64,000 bases of DNA from an uncultured Candidatus Binatia bacterium (lineage in GTDB: Bacteria > Desulfobacterota > Binatia > UBA9968 > JAJDTQ01), in the NCBI GenBank assembly GCA_965242525.1, contig OZ251459.1, positions 2,272,001-2,336,000 on the forward strand, written 5' to 3'. The notes below the pieces were generated by a model. It was given only the letters and a program-made list of their open reading frames with translations. It was not told the DNA's origin and searched no databases. Within the stretch, counting starts at the first letter, position 1, and every line of letters begins with the position of its first letter. The translations under genes were made by a program, and so were the position numbers. Positions 31,572-42,109 of the stretch are shown in pieces.

Positions 31572-32998
31572 TACCGACCCGCCCCCCGCAGGTGGAACAC
31601 CACCGTCTTGAGCTCGGTCATCTCTTCCACCGCGTACCGGGGCCCCTCCTTGCCGAAACCCGACTCCTTGAGCCCGCCGTAGGGCATCACGTCTGCGCGC
31701 CACTGAGGTCCCCAGTTGACGTGGAGGTTGCCGGAATCCACCTCCCGGGCGAAGCGCATGGCCCACTCCACGTTCTCGGTGAAGATCCCCGCGGAGAGTC
31801 CGAAGACGGTGTCGTTGGCCAGCGCGATGGCCTCGTCCATGGAGTCGAAGGGGGTGACGCCCACGGCCGGGCCGAAGAGCTCGTCCCGCGAGAGCTTCAT
31901 GTCGCCGGATACGTCGGCCACCACGGTGGGGGCATAGACGGCGCCGTCGCGGGAGCCCCCGGCCACCACCCGGGCGCCCGCGCCCACCGCCTCGTCCACC
32001 CATTGCTCCACCCGGACGGCTTCGGCCTCCCGTATCATCGGCCCCACGCAGGTGCCGGCATCGAGCTGGCTGCCGGTGGTCAGGGCCTCCACCTTGGGGG
32101 CAAGCGCGCCGAGGAAGTCTTCATAGACCTGGCCGGAGGCCAACACGCGCTGGGTGGAGATGCAGACCTGTCCCGCGTTGGCGTATCCGGTAGCGGCCAC
32201 GGCCGCGGCCACCCTGTCCAGGTCCGCGTCGGGCATGACGATCACCGGGCAGTTGGAGCCCAGCTCCATGGTCACCTTCTTGATGCCCGCCATGCGGCAG
32301 ATGTTCTCGCCCACTTCCCGGCTGCCGGTGAAACTGATCTTGCGCACCCGGCCGTCGGACACCAGGGCGTCGCCGATCTCCCCGCCCGAGCCGGTGAGGC
32401 ACTGGACCCCGTCCGCGGGGAGTCCGGCCTCCAGCAAGATCTCGGTGAGTTTCAGTCCCGAAAGCGGCGTGTCCGACGCCGGCTTGACGATCACCGAGTT
32501 CCCGCCCGCGATGGCGGGACCCACCTTGTGGCACAGCAGGTTGAGGGGGAAGTTGAACGGCCCGATGGCCGCCACCACGCCGCAGGGGACCCGGAGGGTG
32601 AAGCCCAGCTTGTCCGCGCCCGCGGGGTCCGCGTCCAGCGGCACGGTCTCCCCGTGGAGCCGCTTGGCCTCTTCGGCCGAAGCGGTCAGGGTCTCCACCG
32701 CCCGGCGCACCTCGCCCAGGCCTTCGGCCAGGACCTTGCCCTCTTCGCGGGAGATGAGCGTGCCGAGCTCGTCCACCCGCTCCGCCATGAGGGCGGCCGC
32801 CCGGGTCAGCACCCGCCAGCGCTCGTGGGCGGTGGTCCGCGCCATGACCGCGGCTCCGCGTGCGGCGAACGCGAGGGCGCGCTCCACGTCCGCAGGCCCG
32901 GCCTTGGGGACGCTGTCGATCACGGAGTCGTCGTACGGGTTGCCGACCTCCTGCACCCTCGGCCGGTCCACCCACTCTCCCGCCAGGAACATCTTCAT
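31571..32998 (-). CDS. NAD(P)-dependent aldehyde dehydrogenase
   Basis: [23 protein letters not shown] catalytic Cys, [14 protein letters not shown]. Confidence 0.93.
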   Translation of the reverse strand: MKMFLAGEWVDRPRVQEVGNPYDDSVIDSVPKAGPADVERALAFAARGAAVMARTTAHERWRVLTRAAALMAERVDELGTLISREEGKVLAEGLGEVRRAVETLTASAEEAKRLHGETVPLDADPAGADKLGFTLRVPCGVVAAIGPFNFPLNLLCHKVGPAIAGGNSVIVKPASDTPLSGLKLTEILLEAGLPADGVQCLTGSGGEIGDALVSDGRVRKISFTGSREVGENICRMAGIKKVTMELGSNCPVIVMPDADLDRVAAAVAATGYANAGQVCISTQRVLASGQVYEDFLGALAPKVEALTTGSQLDAGTCVGPMIREAEAVRVEQWVDEAVGAGARVVAGGSRDGAVYAPTVVADVSGDMKLSRDELFGPAVGVTPFDSMDEAIALANDTVFGLSAGIFTENVEWAMRFAREVDSGNLHVNWGPQWRADVMPYGGLKESGFGKEGPRYAVEEMTELKTVVFHLRGAGR

Positions 32999-33028
32999 CG
33001 AAAGGTCACCTCCCCGGAAATTTCAAAA

Positions 33029-33173
33029 GGAACCCTCTGAACGATTATCCCCGTTCACCCCGAGCGCAGCGAACCGATTATCCTCCCGTTCGTCCTGAGC
33101 GTAGCGAAGCGAAGTCGAAGGACGCGCTTTCCCGCAGGGAGACGGAGTCCGAGCCGGAATCGTTCCGGGTTCC
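33029..33173. mobile_element. MITE-like element carrying REP family A (copy 1)
   Basis: Ends GGAACCCTCTGAACGATT / AATCGTTCCGGGTTCC enclose REP units; colinear with 52229-52369. Confidence 0.6.
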
Positions 33174-33193
33174 CCAAAAGCCTTCGAGGACAT

Positions 33194-34267
33194 CTACACG
33201 AGCCCCCTTATGGGCTCCAACACCGTATCGGAGACGCCCCGCACGAGGGCGGAAAGGTTCGGTTGCTCCGGCTCCGGCGCCGCGGCCAACGCCGCGCGCC
33301 TGCGGGCGTGCATCTCCCTCACCGCGAAGGACAGGGACCCCACCCGGTCGAACAAACCGGCGACCTCGTCCACGTCGTCCGGCGACGTTTCCGCCCGCTC
33401 CTTGTCGAGGACCGTGCGCAGCCACCGGGCGTCGTCCGCGGGGGCGTGCTCCAGGGCATGGACCGCCAGGATGCTCCGCTTCCCCTCGGCGATGTCGCTG
33501 CCTCGCCGGCCGCGGCCCTTGTTCCCGTACAGGTCCAGCAGGTCGTCCTGGATCTGGAACAGGATGCCGAATTGGCGCGCGGCTTCGCCGAGCCCGCGGA
33601 CCACCCGGGCTCCCTGGCCCAGGACCTCGGCGCTGCCCGCCATGGCCAGGACGAACAGCCGGGAGGTCTTGGCCTCCACCATGGTGAAGTACTGGGCCAA
33701 GGTGGGGCGCGGGTTGGCCCGGAGGGCGAAGTCCTGCTCCTGCCCGTGGATGACCTGCAACGTCTCGACGAGGATCCTCCGGGCCAACGCTTCCCGCAAC
33801 TCGCCGGAGGCCGGGGCGCGCCGGGCCAGCAGCAACGTGAAGTAGAACATGGCGCTGCCCAGGTTGATGGCGCTGGCGACGCCGAAACGGCGCCACACCG
33901 TCTCCCGCCCCCTGCGGGACTCGTCCCCGTCCTGCACGTCGTCGTGGACCAGGGTGGCGTTGTGCAGCATCTCGCACGCCGCGCCCACTGCCACGGCCTT
34001 GCCCGGGTCCTCCCCGAGACAGTCCGCCACCAACAGCGGCAGCAACGCCCGCAGCCGTTTGCCGCCGGTCTCGAACTGGTAGCGGCACATGTCCGCCAGC
34101 GTCGAATCCCCGAGCCCGGCGTCGCGGACCACCTCCTCGAACATGCCCAGCACCTCGGGCAGGTGGCGTTGCCGCATGCGCTCCAGGCGCTCCGCGAACG
34201 CCGTCCGGGCCTCGGACGCCGACAGGTCCCGTGGGTCGGGACCGGCAGACCGGTCATCGCGCACCAT
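33194..34267 (-). CDS. Polyprenyl diphosphate synthase family protein
   Basis: GGKRLR, HNATLVHDDVQD (FARM) with RRG, QIQDDLLD (SARM); start approximate. Confidence 0.9.
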   Translation of the reverse strand: MVRDDRSAGPDPRDLSASEARTAFAERLERMRQRHLPEVLGMFEEVVRDAGLGDSTLADMCRYQFETGGKRLRALLPLLVADCLGEDPGKAVAVGAACEMLHNATLVHDDVQDGDESRRGRETVWRRFGVASAINLGSAMFYFTLLLARRAPASGELREALARRILVETLQVIHGQEQDFALRANPRPTLAQYFTMVEAKTSRLFVLAMAGSAEVLGQGARVVRGLGEAARQFGILFQIQDDLLDLYGNKGRGRRGSDIAEGKRSILAVHALEHAPADDARWLRTVLDKERAETSPDDVDEVAGLFDRVGSLSFAVREMHARRRAALAAAPEPEQPNLSALVRGVSDTVLEPIRGLV

Positions 34268-34342
34268 GCGCGCAGGTCCTCCCTCGTCGTTCCCGCGAAA
34301 GCGGGAATCTCGTCGCCTCGCGCACCATGCGCGAGGTCCTCC
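34259..34342. repeat. REP family B palindrome flanked by a ~22-bp direct repeat
   Basis: GCGCACCATGCGCG(C)AGGTCCTCC twice around GTCGTTCCCGCGAAAGCGGGAATC. Confidence 0.75.
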
Positions 34343-34555
34343 TGCGGGATGCTGTCGGCTTCCTCCGGGTACTGCGGAAGCGGAAGGCGGTACGGGAGGG
34401 GAAGCAGGCGTCAACGGAGCTTCGCGCCGAAGGCGACGAGGCCCGCTACGGCTCCCGTTTCATAATGCGGCTCGACACCGGAGTCAAGGAGGAGCCCGCG
34501 GCAGCGAACCCGCGCGTTGAGGCCCCGGGGACAACCTGCTAGCTAGTTGGGTTCC

Positions 34556-35275
34556 ATGGAACGCGGCCCACTGCGGGTGCTGGACTTGCAGCGTCTCGAC
34601 TACGACGCCGCGCTGGCCGTCCAGCAACGGATCCTCGACCGAAAGGTCCGCGAGGCGTCCGCCGACTGCCTCATACTCGTGGAGCACCCCCACGTCTTCA
34701 CCACCGGACGGAGGGACGCGAGCCGCCACATACTCGACGCCGGCAACGTGCCGGTGCGGGCCGCCACCCGGGGCGGCGACGTCACCTACCACGGACCGGG
34801 GCAGTTGGTGCTCTATCCCATCATCGACCTCAGGTCGAAACTGCGCCGGGAGGTCCACCGCTACCTCGGCAGGCTGGAGCAGGTCATCATCGACGTCCTC
34901 GCCGAGTTCGGCCTCGACGCCGCCCGGCGGCCGCCCTGGACCGGGGTGTGGGTCCGCGGCAGGAAGGTCTGCGCCATCGGCATCGCCGTCCGGCGCGGGG
35001 TCACCTACCACGGGGCCGCCCTGAACGTGGCCCCGGACCTGGACTATTTCCGCAGGATCGTCCCCTGCGGCCTGGAGTGGGCCCAGGTGACTTCCATGGA
35101 GCGGGAAGCCGGGGCGCCGGTGGAGATGGCGGCGGTAAAGTCGCTGGCGGCGGAGGGTTTCCGTCGGACCTTCGGATACGACGGGTTGGTGGAGGCGGAG
35201 GAGCCGTTGGTCCCGCTTCCGGGCCGCGGGCGCGGCCCCGGGATCCCGGCTACTTCTGGAACCAGTCGGCGTTGA
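34556..35275 (+). CDS. lipB: Octanoyltransferase LipB
   Basis: [41 protein letters not shown]. Confidence 0.95.
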   Translation: MERGPLRVLDLQRLDYDAALAVQQRILDRKVREASADCLILVEHPHVFTTGRRDASRHILDAGNVPVRAATRGGDVTYHGPGQLVLYPIIDLRSKLRREVHRYLGRLEQVIIDVLAEFGLDAARRPPWTGVWVRGRKVCAIGIAVRRGVTYHGAALNVAPDLDYFRRIVPCGLEWAQVTSMEREAGAPVEMAAVKSLAAEGFRRTFGYDGLVEAEEPLVPLPGRGRGPGIPATSGTSRR

Positions 35276-35513
35276 TCTGGGTGTATTCCTTCCACTTGTC
35301 CGGCACCGCGGCCTCCTCGAATATGGCCTCCACCGGACAGACGGGCTCGCAAGCGCCGCAGTCGATGCACTCCTCGGGATCGATATAGAGCATGTTCTCC
35401 TTCTCGAATACCTCGGTCTCGTTCTTGGTCGGGTGGATGCAATCCACCGGGCAAACGTCCACACAGGCCGTGTCCTTGGTATCGATGCAGGGCTCTACGA
35501 TCACGTATGTCAT
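35250..35513 (-). CDS. 7Fe/8Fe-type ferredoxin
   Basis: [18 protein letters not shown]...[16 protein letters not shown]. Confidence 0.93.
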   Translation of the reverse strand: MTYVIVEPCIDTKDTACVDVCPVDCIHPTKNETEVFEKENMLYIDPEECIDCGACEPVCPVEAIFEEAAVPDKWKEYTQINADWFQK

Positions 35514-35627
35514 TCCTCTCCTCCCGTGGGTCCGGCCCGCGCCTCCTGCGCCGAACTCCCGCGGCCTTGCCCTTTCTCCATGCAGAGGCGGAGCGTCCGT
35601 CTTGGGTAGCAAACGGCCCTTTTCCTG

Positions 35628-37064
35628 TCAAGCTCCGGCGCGCTTCCGGGGCGGCGCGTGGGTGGCGGCGCCGTAGAACATCTCGGCGCATTCCATGAGG
35701 GTCTCGGAAAGCGTCGGATGCGGATGGACCGACTCGGCAAGGTCCCTGGCGGTGGCGCCCATCTCCATGGCCAGCACCCCCTCGCCGATGAGCTCGCCAG
35801 CGCCGGCGCCGGTGACGCCCATGCCGAGGATGCGCTCCGTCCCGGGCTCCAGGATCAACTTCGTCAAGCCTTCGGGGCGGTCCATGGCCAGGGCCCTGCC
35901 CGAGGCGCCCCAGGGGAACTTCACCACCTCCACCGCCACCTTCCCGGCCCTGGCCTCCCGCTCCGTGAGCCCGCACCAAGCCACCTCCGGCTCCGTAAAG
36001 ACCACCGCGGGAACCACCACGTCCTCGATGGTGCTGGACTCTCCGGCGATGACCTCCACCGCGACGCGCCCCTCCCGGGTGGCCTGGTGGGCGAGCAACG
36101 CGCCGCCGTTGGCGTCCCCGACGGCGTAGATGGCCGGGTCCGCGGTCTGCTGTCGCTGGTTGCACTCGATGAAGCCGTTGGCCCCGATCTTCACCCCGGT
36201 GTTCTCCAGGCCCAGGTCTTCATAGCCTGGCGTCCGGCCCACGCTCACCAGCACCCGGTCGTAGGACTCCTCGCGCCCGGTCCCGTTGACCTCCATTGCC
36301 ACCTTGATCTTCGTCCCGCTGGTGGCCATGCGCAGGACCCTGGTCTTGAGACGCACCTCCCGGAACAGCGCCCCCGCGGCCTTGGCCACGGGCCTCACCA
36401 GGTCCGCGTCCACGCCCGGCAGCAGGTGGTCCAGCGCCTCCACCAGGACCACCTCGCTGCCGAGCCGGGCATACACCGTGCCCATCTCCATGCCGATGTA
36501 ACCGCCCCCCACCACCAGCAGGCGGCCGGGAACGTCCCTGAGCTCCAGCGCCTCGGTGGACGTCATGATGCGCCGGTTGCCCAGGTCGAAGGCCGCGGGC
36601 ATGGCCGGCCGGGACCCCACTGCGACGATGGCCTGCTCGTAGTTGACGAACCGCTGCCCGTCGGGGGTCTCCACCCGGAGGGTGCGGGAGTCCTCGAAGT
36701 GGCCGCGGCCCCGGAGCCGTTGGACCCCCCTTCGGGAGCACAGGGCGTCCAGCCCCCGGGCGAGCCGGTCGATGACCGACTCCTTCCACTCCCGCAGCTT
36801 GTCGAGCTTCACCCTGGGCTTGTCGAAGGCCACGCCCCTGGCCTCCGACAGCGCGGCTTCGTCGATGACGTGGGTGGCGTGGAGGAGCGCCTTGGAAGGG
36901 ATGCAGCCGCGGTGGAGGCAGACTCCGCCCAGGCGCTCGTCCCGCTCCACCAGCAGCACCCGCTTGCCCAGGTCCGCGGCATGGAACGCCGCGGCGTACC
37001 CTCCCGGGCCGGCGCCCACGACGACGATCTGCGTCTGGATGGTTTCCACTGCCATGGCCGTCAC
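35628..37064 (-). CDS. lpdA: Dihydrolipoamide dehydrogenase (E3)
   Basis: GAGPGGY, GGVCLHRGCIPSK, HPHPTLSE. Confidence 0.96.
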   Translation of the reverse strand: MTAMAVETIQTQIVVVGAGPGGYAAAFHAADLGKRVLLVERDERLGGVCLHRGCIPSKALLHATHVIDEAALSEARGVAFDKPRVKLDKLREWKESVIDRLARGLDALCSRRGVQRLRGRGHFEDSRTLRVETPDGQRFVNYEQAIVAVGSRPAMPAAFDLGNRRIMTSTEALELRDVPGRLLVVGGGYIGMEMGTVYARLGSEVVLVEALDHLLPGVDADLVRPVAKAAGALFREVRLKTRVLRMATSGTKIKVAMEVNGTGREESYDRVLVSVGRTPGYEDLGLENTGVKIGANGFIECNQRQQTADPAIYAVGDANGGALLAHQATREGRVAVEVIAGESSTIEDVVVPAVVFTEPEVAWCGLTEREARAGKVAVEVVKFPWGASGRALAMDRPEGLTKLILEPGTERILGMGVTGAGAGELIGEGVLAMEMGATARDLAESVHPHPTLSETLMECAEMFYGAATHAPPRKRAGA

Positions 37065-38323
37065 GCGCCCTCGGGCTTCACGTCCGCTTCGGGGAAGTCT
37101 TCCAGGCAGCGCACGATCTCGCGCAGGAAGCGCGCTCCGTCGGCGCCGTCGATGACCCGGTGGTCATAGGACAGGGCGAGGGGCAACACCAGCCGCGGCG
37201 CCACCTTCCGGTCCCGCACCACCGGCCGGTGCACGCCGCGCCCCATGCCCAGGACCGCCACCTGCGGGCCGTTGACGATGGGGGTGAAATAGGAGCCGCC
37301 GATGCTTCCCAGGTTCGATATGGTGAACACCGCCCCCTGCATCTCGTCCGCGGACAGCTTCCGCCGCCGGGTCCGCTCCGCCAGGTCGTCCAGCTCCCCG
37401 GACAGGTCCAGGAGGCTCTTCCTGTCCACGTCCCGGATGACCGGCGCGATCAGGCCCGCTTCGGTGTCCACCGCCACGCCCACGTGCACGTAGTCCCGGG
37501 TGACGATCTCCAGGGCGCGGTAGTCGATGGCGGTCTTGAACGCGGGGTATTTGTCCAGCGCCGAGACCGCGGCCCTGATGGCGAAGGAGGTCAACGTCAG
37601 CCGGGCGCCCGACTTCTCGTACGCGGCGGCGTAACGCTTTCGCAACTCCATGAGGTCCGTGATGTCCGCGTCGTCGAACTGGGTCACGTGGGGGATGGTG
37701 GTCCAGGAATCGGTCATCCGCTGGGCGATGGTGCGCCGGAGCGGCGACATCTTCTCGCGCTTGCTGGGCCCCCACCTGCCCGGGTCCGGGGCCGGGGAGA
37801 CCGGAGCGGGAGCATGGGCCCCGGGCGCGGACGGCTCCCGGGCGAGCTCCTGGAGACCCTGGATGTAGCCGCGGACGTCGGCCATGACGATGCGCCCGCC
37901 GCGTTGGCTCCCCTTCACGCGGTGGAGGTCGATGCCCAGCTCCCGCGCGACCTTCCGCACCGTGGGAGAAGCCGGCGGCGGCGCGCCGCTGTCCGACCGA
38001 TAGAGGTGCGGCTCCGGCGGAGCGGGCGCGTCCGCGACAGCGGCAGACGCCGGTTCCGGGGGCGCCGCGGGCGCCTGCGGCTTGCCCGCGCCCGCGGTGT
38101 CGATGGTCACCAGCACCTGACCCACCGAGACCACCTGCCCCACCTCCACGTGTATGCGGGCCACCCTGCCCGCGCCGGTGGAAGGGATGGGGGCCACCGC
38201 CTTCTCGTTCTCGAGCTCCAGCAGGGTCTGGTCCAGCTCCACCTGGTCCCCCTCCGCCACCAGGATGTTGACGACGGCGCCGGAATCCGCCCCTTCGGCC
38301 AGTTTGGGAAGCGTGACGTCCAT
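37061..38323 (-). CDS. aceF: Pyruvate dehydrogenase E2, single lipoyl domain
   Basis: ENEKA lipoyl-Lys, ASPTVRKVARELGIDL, YDHRVIDGA. Confidence 0.9.
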   Translation of the reverse strand: MDVTLPKLAEGADSGAVVNILVAEGDQVELDQTLLELENEKAVAPIPSTGAGRVARIHVEVGQVVSVGQVLVTIDTAGAGKPQAPAAPPEPASAAVADAPAPPEPHLYRSDSGAPPPASPTVRKVARELGIDLHRVKGSQRGGRIVMADVRGYIQGLQELAREPSAPGAHAPAPVSPAPDPGRWGPSKREKMSPLRRTIAQRMTDSWTTIPHVTQFDDADITDLMELRKRYAAAYEKSGARLTLTSFAIRAAVSALDKYPAFKTAIDYRALEIVTRDYVHVGVAVDTEAGLIAPVIRDVDRKSLLDLSGELDDLAERTRRRKLSADEMQGAVFTISNLGSIGGSYFTPIVNGPQVAVLGMGRGVHRPVVRDRKVAPRLVLPLALSYDHRVIDGADGARFLREIVRCLEDFPEADVKPEGA

Positions 38324-38336
38324 GGCGGTCCGCGGC

Positions 38337-41078
38337 TCAGACGGCCATCGAGGGATGGGGCTTCTCCGGGTCGAAGCGCAACTCCCGGAGGGCCCGTTCG
38401 ACCACCGACTTCCTCACCCGGCCCCTTCGGGCGAGGGCGTGCAGGGTCGCCGCCACCACCGACTCCGCGTCCACCTCGAAGTAGCGGCGCAGCCGGTCCC
38501 GGGTGTCGCTGCGGCCGAACCCGTCCGTCCCCAGCGTCGCCAAGCCGCCGGGGGTCCACGGGGCGATCTGGTCCGGCACGATCTTCATGTAGTCGGACAC
38601 CGCGACGAAGACCCCCTCTTCCGGCTCCAGCACGGACTCCAGGTACGACTTGCGGGGCGTCTCGGTCGGGTGCAGGAGGTTCCAGCGCTGGACCTCCTGG
38701 GCCTCCCGCCGCAGCAGGTTGTAGCTGGTGGCGCTCCACACGTCCGCGGCCACCTGGTACCGCTCGGCGAGCATCTCCTGGGCCCGGAGGGCCTCGAACA
38801 GCAGCGGGCCGCTGCCGAGCAGGTGGGCCCGGTGCTTCTTCCTGCCCCCCGCGGCCCGGAACTTGTAGAGCCCCTTGAGGATGCCTTCCTCCACCCCCGG
38901 AGGCATGCCCGGCATGGAGTGGTTCTCGTTGTACAGGGTGAGGTAGTAGAACACGTCCTCACGGCGCTCGTACATCCGCCTGAGGCCTTCCTGCACGATG
39001 ACCGCGACCTCGTAGGCGAACGCCGGGTCGTAGGTGAGCAGGGCCGGGACCGTGCTCGCCAGCAACTGGCTCTGGCCGTCCGCGTGCTGCAGTCCTTCGC
39101 CGTTCAGGGTCGTGCGCCCGGCGGTGGCGCCCAGCAGGAAGCCCTTGGCCCGGCTGTCCGCCGCGGCCCACATGAGGTCGCCGATGCGCTGGAAGCCGAA
39201 CATGGAATAGAACGTGTAGAACGGGATCATGGGGGCGCCATAGGTGCTGTGGGCGGTCCCCGCGGCGATGAAGGAAGACATGGCTCCGGCCTCGCTGATG
39301 CCCTCCTCCAGCAGTTGCCCGTCCCGCGCCTCCTGGTAGAAGAGCAGGGTCTCCCGGTCCACCGGCTCGTACAGTTGGCCCTTGGGCGAATAGATGCCCA
39401 CCTGACGGAACAGCGTGTCCATGCCGAAGGTCCTGGCTTCGTCCGGTATGATGGGCACGATGTTCCGCCCGATGCCCGGATGGCGGAGCAGCTTGGTCAA
39501 GAGCCTCACGAACGCCATGGTGGTGGAGACCCGGGTCTCCGAAGAGCTCCGGAACTCCCGGTAGTGGGACTCGTCCGGCGCAGCCAGCGCCTTGGCCGTC
39601 CGCGGCCGCCGGGGCAGGAACCCTCCCAGGCTCTTGCGCCGCTCGAGCAGGTAGCGGGTCTCCTCGCTGTCGAGAGGCGGCCGGTAGAAAGGCGTCTCCA
39701 CCACCTCTTCGTCCGACAGCGGCACGCCGAACCGCAAGCGGAAGTCGCGCAGCTCCTTCTCGTTGAGCTGCTTCTGCTGGTGGGTGATGTTGCGCCCTTC
39801 GCCCGCCTCGCCAAGGCCGTACCCCTTCACGGTCTTGGCCAGGACCACGGTGGGCGCGCCCTCGTGCTCCAGCGCCGCCTTGTAGGCCGCATAGACCTTC
39901 TGGGGGTCGTGGCCGCCCCTGGCGAGCCTGCGGATCTGGTCGTCGGTGAGATGGTTCACCATCGCCAGCAACTCGGGGTGGGCGCCGAAGAAGTGCTTGC
40001 GTGTGTAGCTCCCCGGGGCCACCGAGTACTTCTGGTAGTCGCCGTCCACCGCCCGCTCCATCCGTTCCGCCAGCAGCCCCCCGGCGTCGGATTCCAGCAG
40101 CGGGTCCCAATCCGAGCCCCAGATCACCTTGACGACGTTCCAGCCCGCGCCCAGGAACAGCGCCTCCAGTTCCTGGATGATCTTGCCGTTGCCCCTCACC
40201 GGACCGTCGAGCCGCTGGAGGTTGCAGTTGACCACCCACACCAGGTTGTCCAGGTTCTCCCGCGCGGCCAGGGACAGGCCCGCGGTGGACTCCGGCTCGT
40301 CGGCCTCGCCATCGCCCAGGAAACACCACACCCGCGGCTCCCGGGACAGCAGCCCCCGGGCCGCCAGGTAGCGGGCGAACCGCGCTTGGTAGATGGACAT
40401 GATGGGCGCCAACCCCATGGACACCGAGGGGAACTGCCAGAAGTCGGGCATGAGGCAGGGATGCGGATAGGAGGGGAGTCCTCCCCCCTTGACCAACTCC
40501 TGCCGGAAGTGGTGGAGCTTGCGGGGGCCCAGCCGGTGCTCCAGGTACGCCCGGGCGTAGTTCCCTGGCGCCGCGTGGCCCTGGAAGTACACTAGGTCCC
40601 CCGGAGCGCCGTCGTCGCCGCCCCGGAAGAAGTGGTTGAAGCCCACCTCGTAGAGGTTGGCCGCGGAAGCATAGGTGGAGATATGGCCGCCGATGCCGGG
40701 GTTCAGCCGGTTGGCCTTCACCACCATGGCCATGGCGTTCCAGCGCGCGTAGCTCTTCACCCTGCGCTCGATGGCCCGGTCGCCGGGATACCGGGGCTCG
40801 TCTTCCCGGGGGATGGTGTTGAGGTAGGGCGTGTTCCGGGCGGGGACGGCGTCCCGCTGCCGGTCCCGGATGCGCGCCACCAGTTGCTCCAGCAGGAAGT
40901 CCACCTGCTCCGGTCCCCTCTTCCGCACCACGTCCCCGAGCAGGTGCTCCAGCGAGTTCAGCCACCTGTCGTCCTGGGACCCGCGGGACGCGGGCGCGCC
41001 TGCCGCCGGCCCGAACCCGGGGTCGAAGTCCGCGGGCGTCGGCGAATGGGACGCGGGTATCGAATCTTTGGCGCTCAT
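38337..41078 (-). CDS. aceE: Pyruvate dehydrogenase E1, homodimeric type
   Basis: GGHISTYAS, FLGDGEADE TPP motif, NCNLQRLDG, FGFQRIGD, GTDGFGRSD; start approximate. Confidence 0.95.
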   Translation of the reverse strand: MSAKDSIPASHSPTPADFDPGFGPAAGAPASRGSQDDRWLNSLEHLLGDVVRKRGPEQVDFLLEQLVARIRDRQRDAVPARNTPYLNTIPREDEPRYPGDRAIERRVKSYARWNAMAMVVKANRLNPGIGGHISTYASAANLYEVGFNHFFRGGDDGAPGDLVYFQGHAAPGNYARAYLEHRLGPRKLHHFRQELVKGGGLPSYPHPCLMPDFWQFPSVSMGLAPIMSIYQARFARYLAARGLLSREPRVWCFLGDGEADEPESTAGLSLAARENLDNLVWVVNCNLQRLDGPVRGNGKIIQELEALFLGAGWNVVKVIWGSDWDPLLESDAGGLLAERMERAVDGDYQKYSVAPGSYTRKHFFGAHPELLAMVNHLTDDQIRRLARGGHDPQKVYAAYKAALEHEGAPTVVLAKTVKGYGLGEAGEGRNITHQQKQLNEKELRDFRLRFGVPLSDEEVVETPFYRPPLDSEETRYLLERRKSLGGFLPRRPRTAKALAAPDESHYREFRSSSETRVSTTMAFVRLLTKLLRHPGIGRNIVPIIPDEARTFGMDTLFRQVGIYSPKGQLYEPVDRETLLFYQEARDGQLLEEGISEAGAMSSFIAAGTAHSTYGAPMIPFYTFYSMFGFQRIGDLMWAAADSRAKGFLLGATAGRTTLNGEGLQHADGQSQLLASTVPALLTYDPAFAYEVAVIVQEGLRRMYERREDVFYYLTLYNENHSMPGMPPGVEEGILKGLYKFRAAGGRKKHRAHLLGSGPLLFEALRAQEMLAERYQVAADVWSATSYNLLRREAQEVQRWNLLHPTETPRKSYLESVLEPEEGVFVAVSDYMKIVPDQIAPWTPGGLATLGTDGFGRSDTRDRLRRYFEVDAESVVAATLHALARRGRVRKSVVERALRELRFDPEKPHPSMAV

Positions 41079-41151
41079 CACCTTGGGGGAACAGGGGAAA
41101 CCCTCGTCAACCGAGCCGCGGATGGGAGGCTCCCTCACGCGGCCCTCCCGT

Positions 41152-41193
41152 CCCCGTTCGTCCCGAACGGGGCGAAGCGGAGCCGAAGGACGC
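41152..41193. repeat. REP-like family A copy
   Basis: CCCCGTTCGTCCCGAACGGGGCGAAGCGGAGCCGAAGGACGC. Confidence 0.7.
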
Positions 41194-41363
41194 GCCCTCC
41201 CACCGGGCTCGACCGGAGTTTCCTATTACAAAACCGCTTGCGCAAGCAAACGGCGCCGGGCAAGATATTCATCACCGCCGACGCCCGCTTGTCAAACACT
41301 CCCGGAGCGACCCGCAGCCCCCGCCGCCGAAGGGCCGCCCGTCCGCTCCGCCCGCCGCTCGCA

Positions 41364-42083
41364 ATGCTCTACCTCGACTTGACGTTGCCCACGCCCGAAG
41401 CAAACCTGGCTTGCGACGAGGCGCTGCTCGACCACTGCGAGGAGGAGCGGGACCGGGGGATCCTCCGGTTCTGGGAGTCCCCCGAGCCCTTCGTGGTGCT
41501 CGGCCTCGGCAGCCGGCACAGCCGGGAAGTCGATGCGGCCGCCTGCGAGGCCCGGGGAATCCCCATCCTGCGGAGGTGCAGCGGCGGCGGCGCCGTGGTC
41601 CAGGGGCCGGGCTGCCTGAGCTACGCGCTGGTCCTGCGCATCGAGGAGAACGGCCCCCTGGAGCGCATCGACGCCGCCAACGCCTTCGTCATGGAGCGCC
41701 ACCGGCGCCTGCTGGCGGACGCCACCGGCCTGCCGGTGCGGCGCCAGGGCGCCACCGACCTCACCGTCCGGCAACGGAAGTTCTCCGGCAACGCGCAACG
41801 CCGGCGGCGGCGCTTCCTGCTGTTCCACGGCACGTTCCTGCTGGACTTCCCCATCGGGCTGGTGGAGGAGGTCCTCCCCCACCCGCCCAAGGCGCCGCGC
41901 TACCGCGGCCGCCGTCCCCACCGCGCCTTCCTCACGAACCTGGACCGCCCCGCGCCGCTGGTCAAGGACCTGCTGCGGCGTTGCTGGGACGCCGCGCCGG
42001 AGGGCGCCGAGGTCCCGGCGGACGCCGTCGAGTCGCTGGTGGAACGGAAGTACTCGCTGCGGAGCTGGACCGAGAGGTGTTAG
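41364..42083 (+). CDS. Lipoate-protein ligase family protein (LplA/LipM-like, catalytic domain only)
   Basis: NLACDEALL, LRFWES, RRCSGGGAV, KFSGNAQ, HGTFL. Confidence 0.88.
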   Translation: MLYLDLTLPTPEANLACDEALLDHCEEERDRGILRFWESPEPFVVLGLGSRHSREVDAAACEARGIPILRRCSGGGAVVQGPGCLSYALVLRIEENGPLERIDAANAFVMERHRRLLADATGLPVRRQGATDLTVRQRKFSGNAQRRRRRFLLFHGTFLLDFPIGLVEEVLPHPPKAPRYRGRRPHRAFLTNLDRPAPLVKDLLRRCWDAAPEGAEVPADAVESLVERKYSLRSWTERC

Positions 42084-42109
42084 GGGCCTCCCGGTTCGCC
42101 CGGCGTCCG

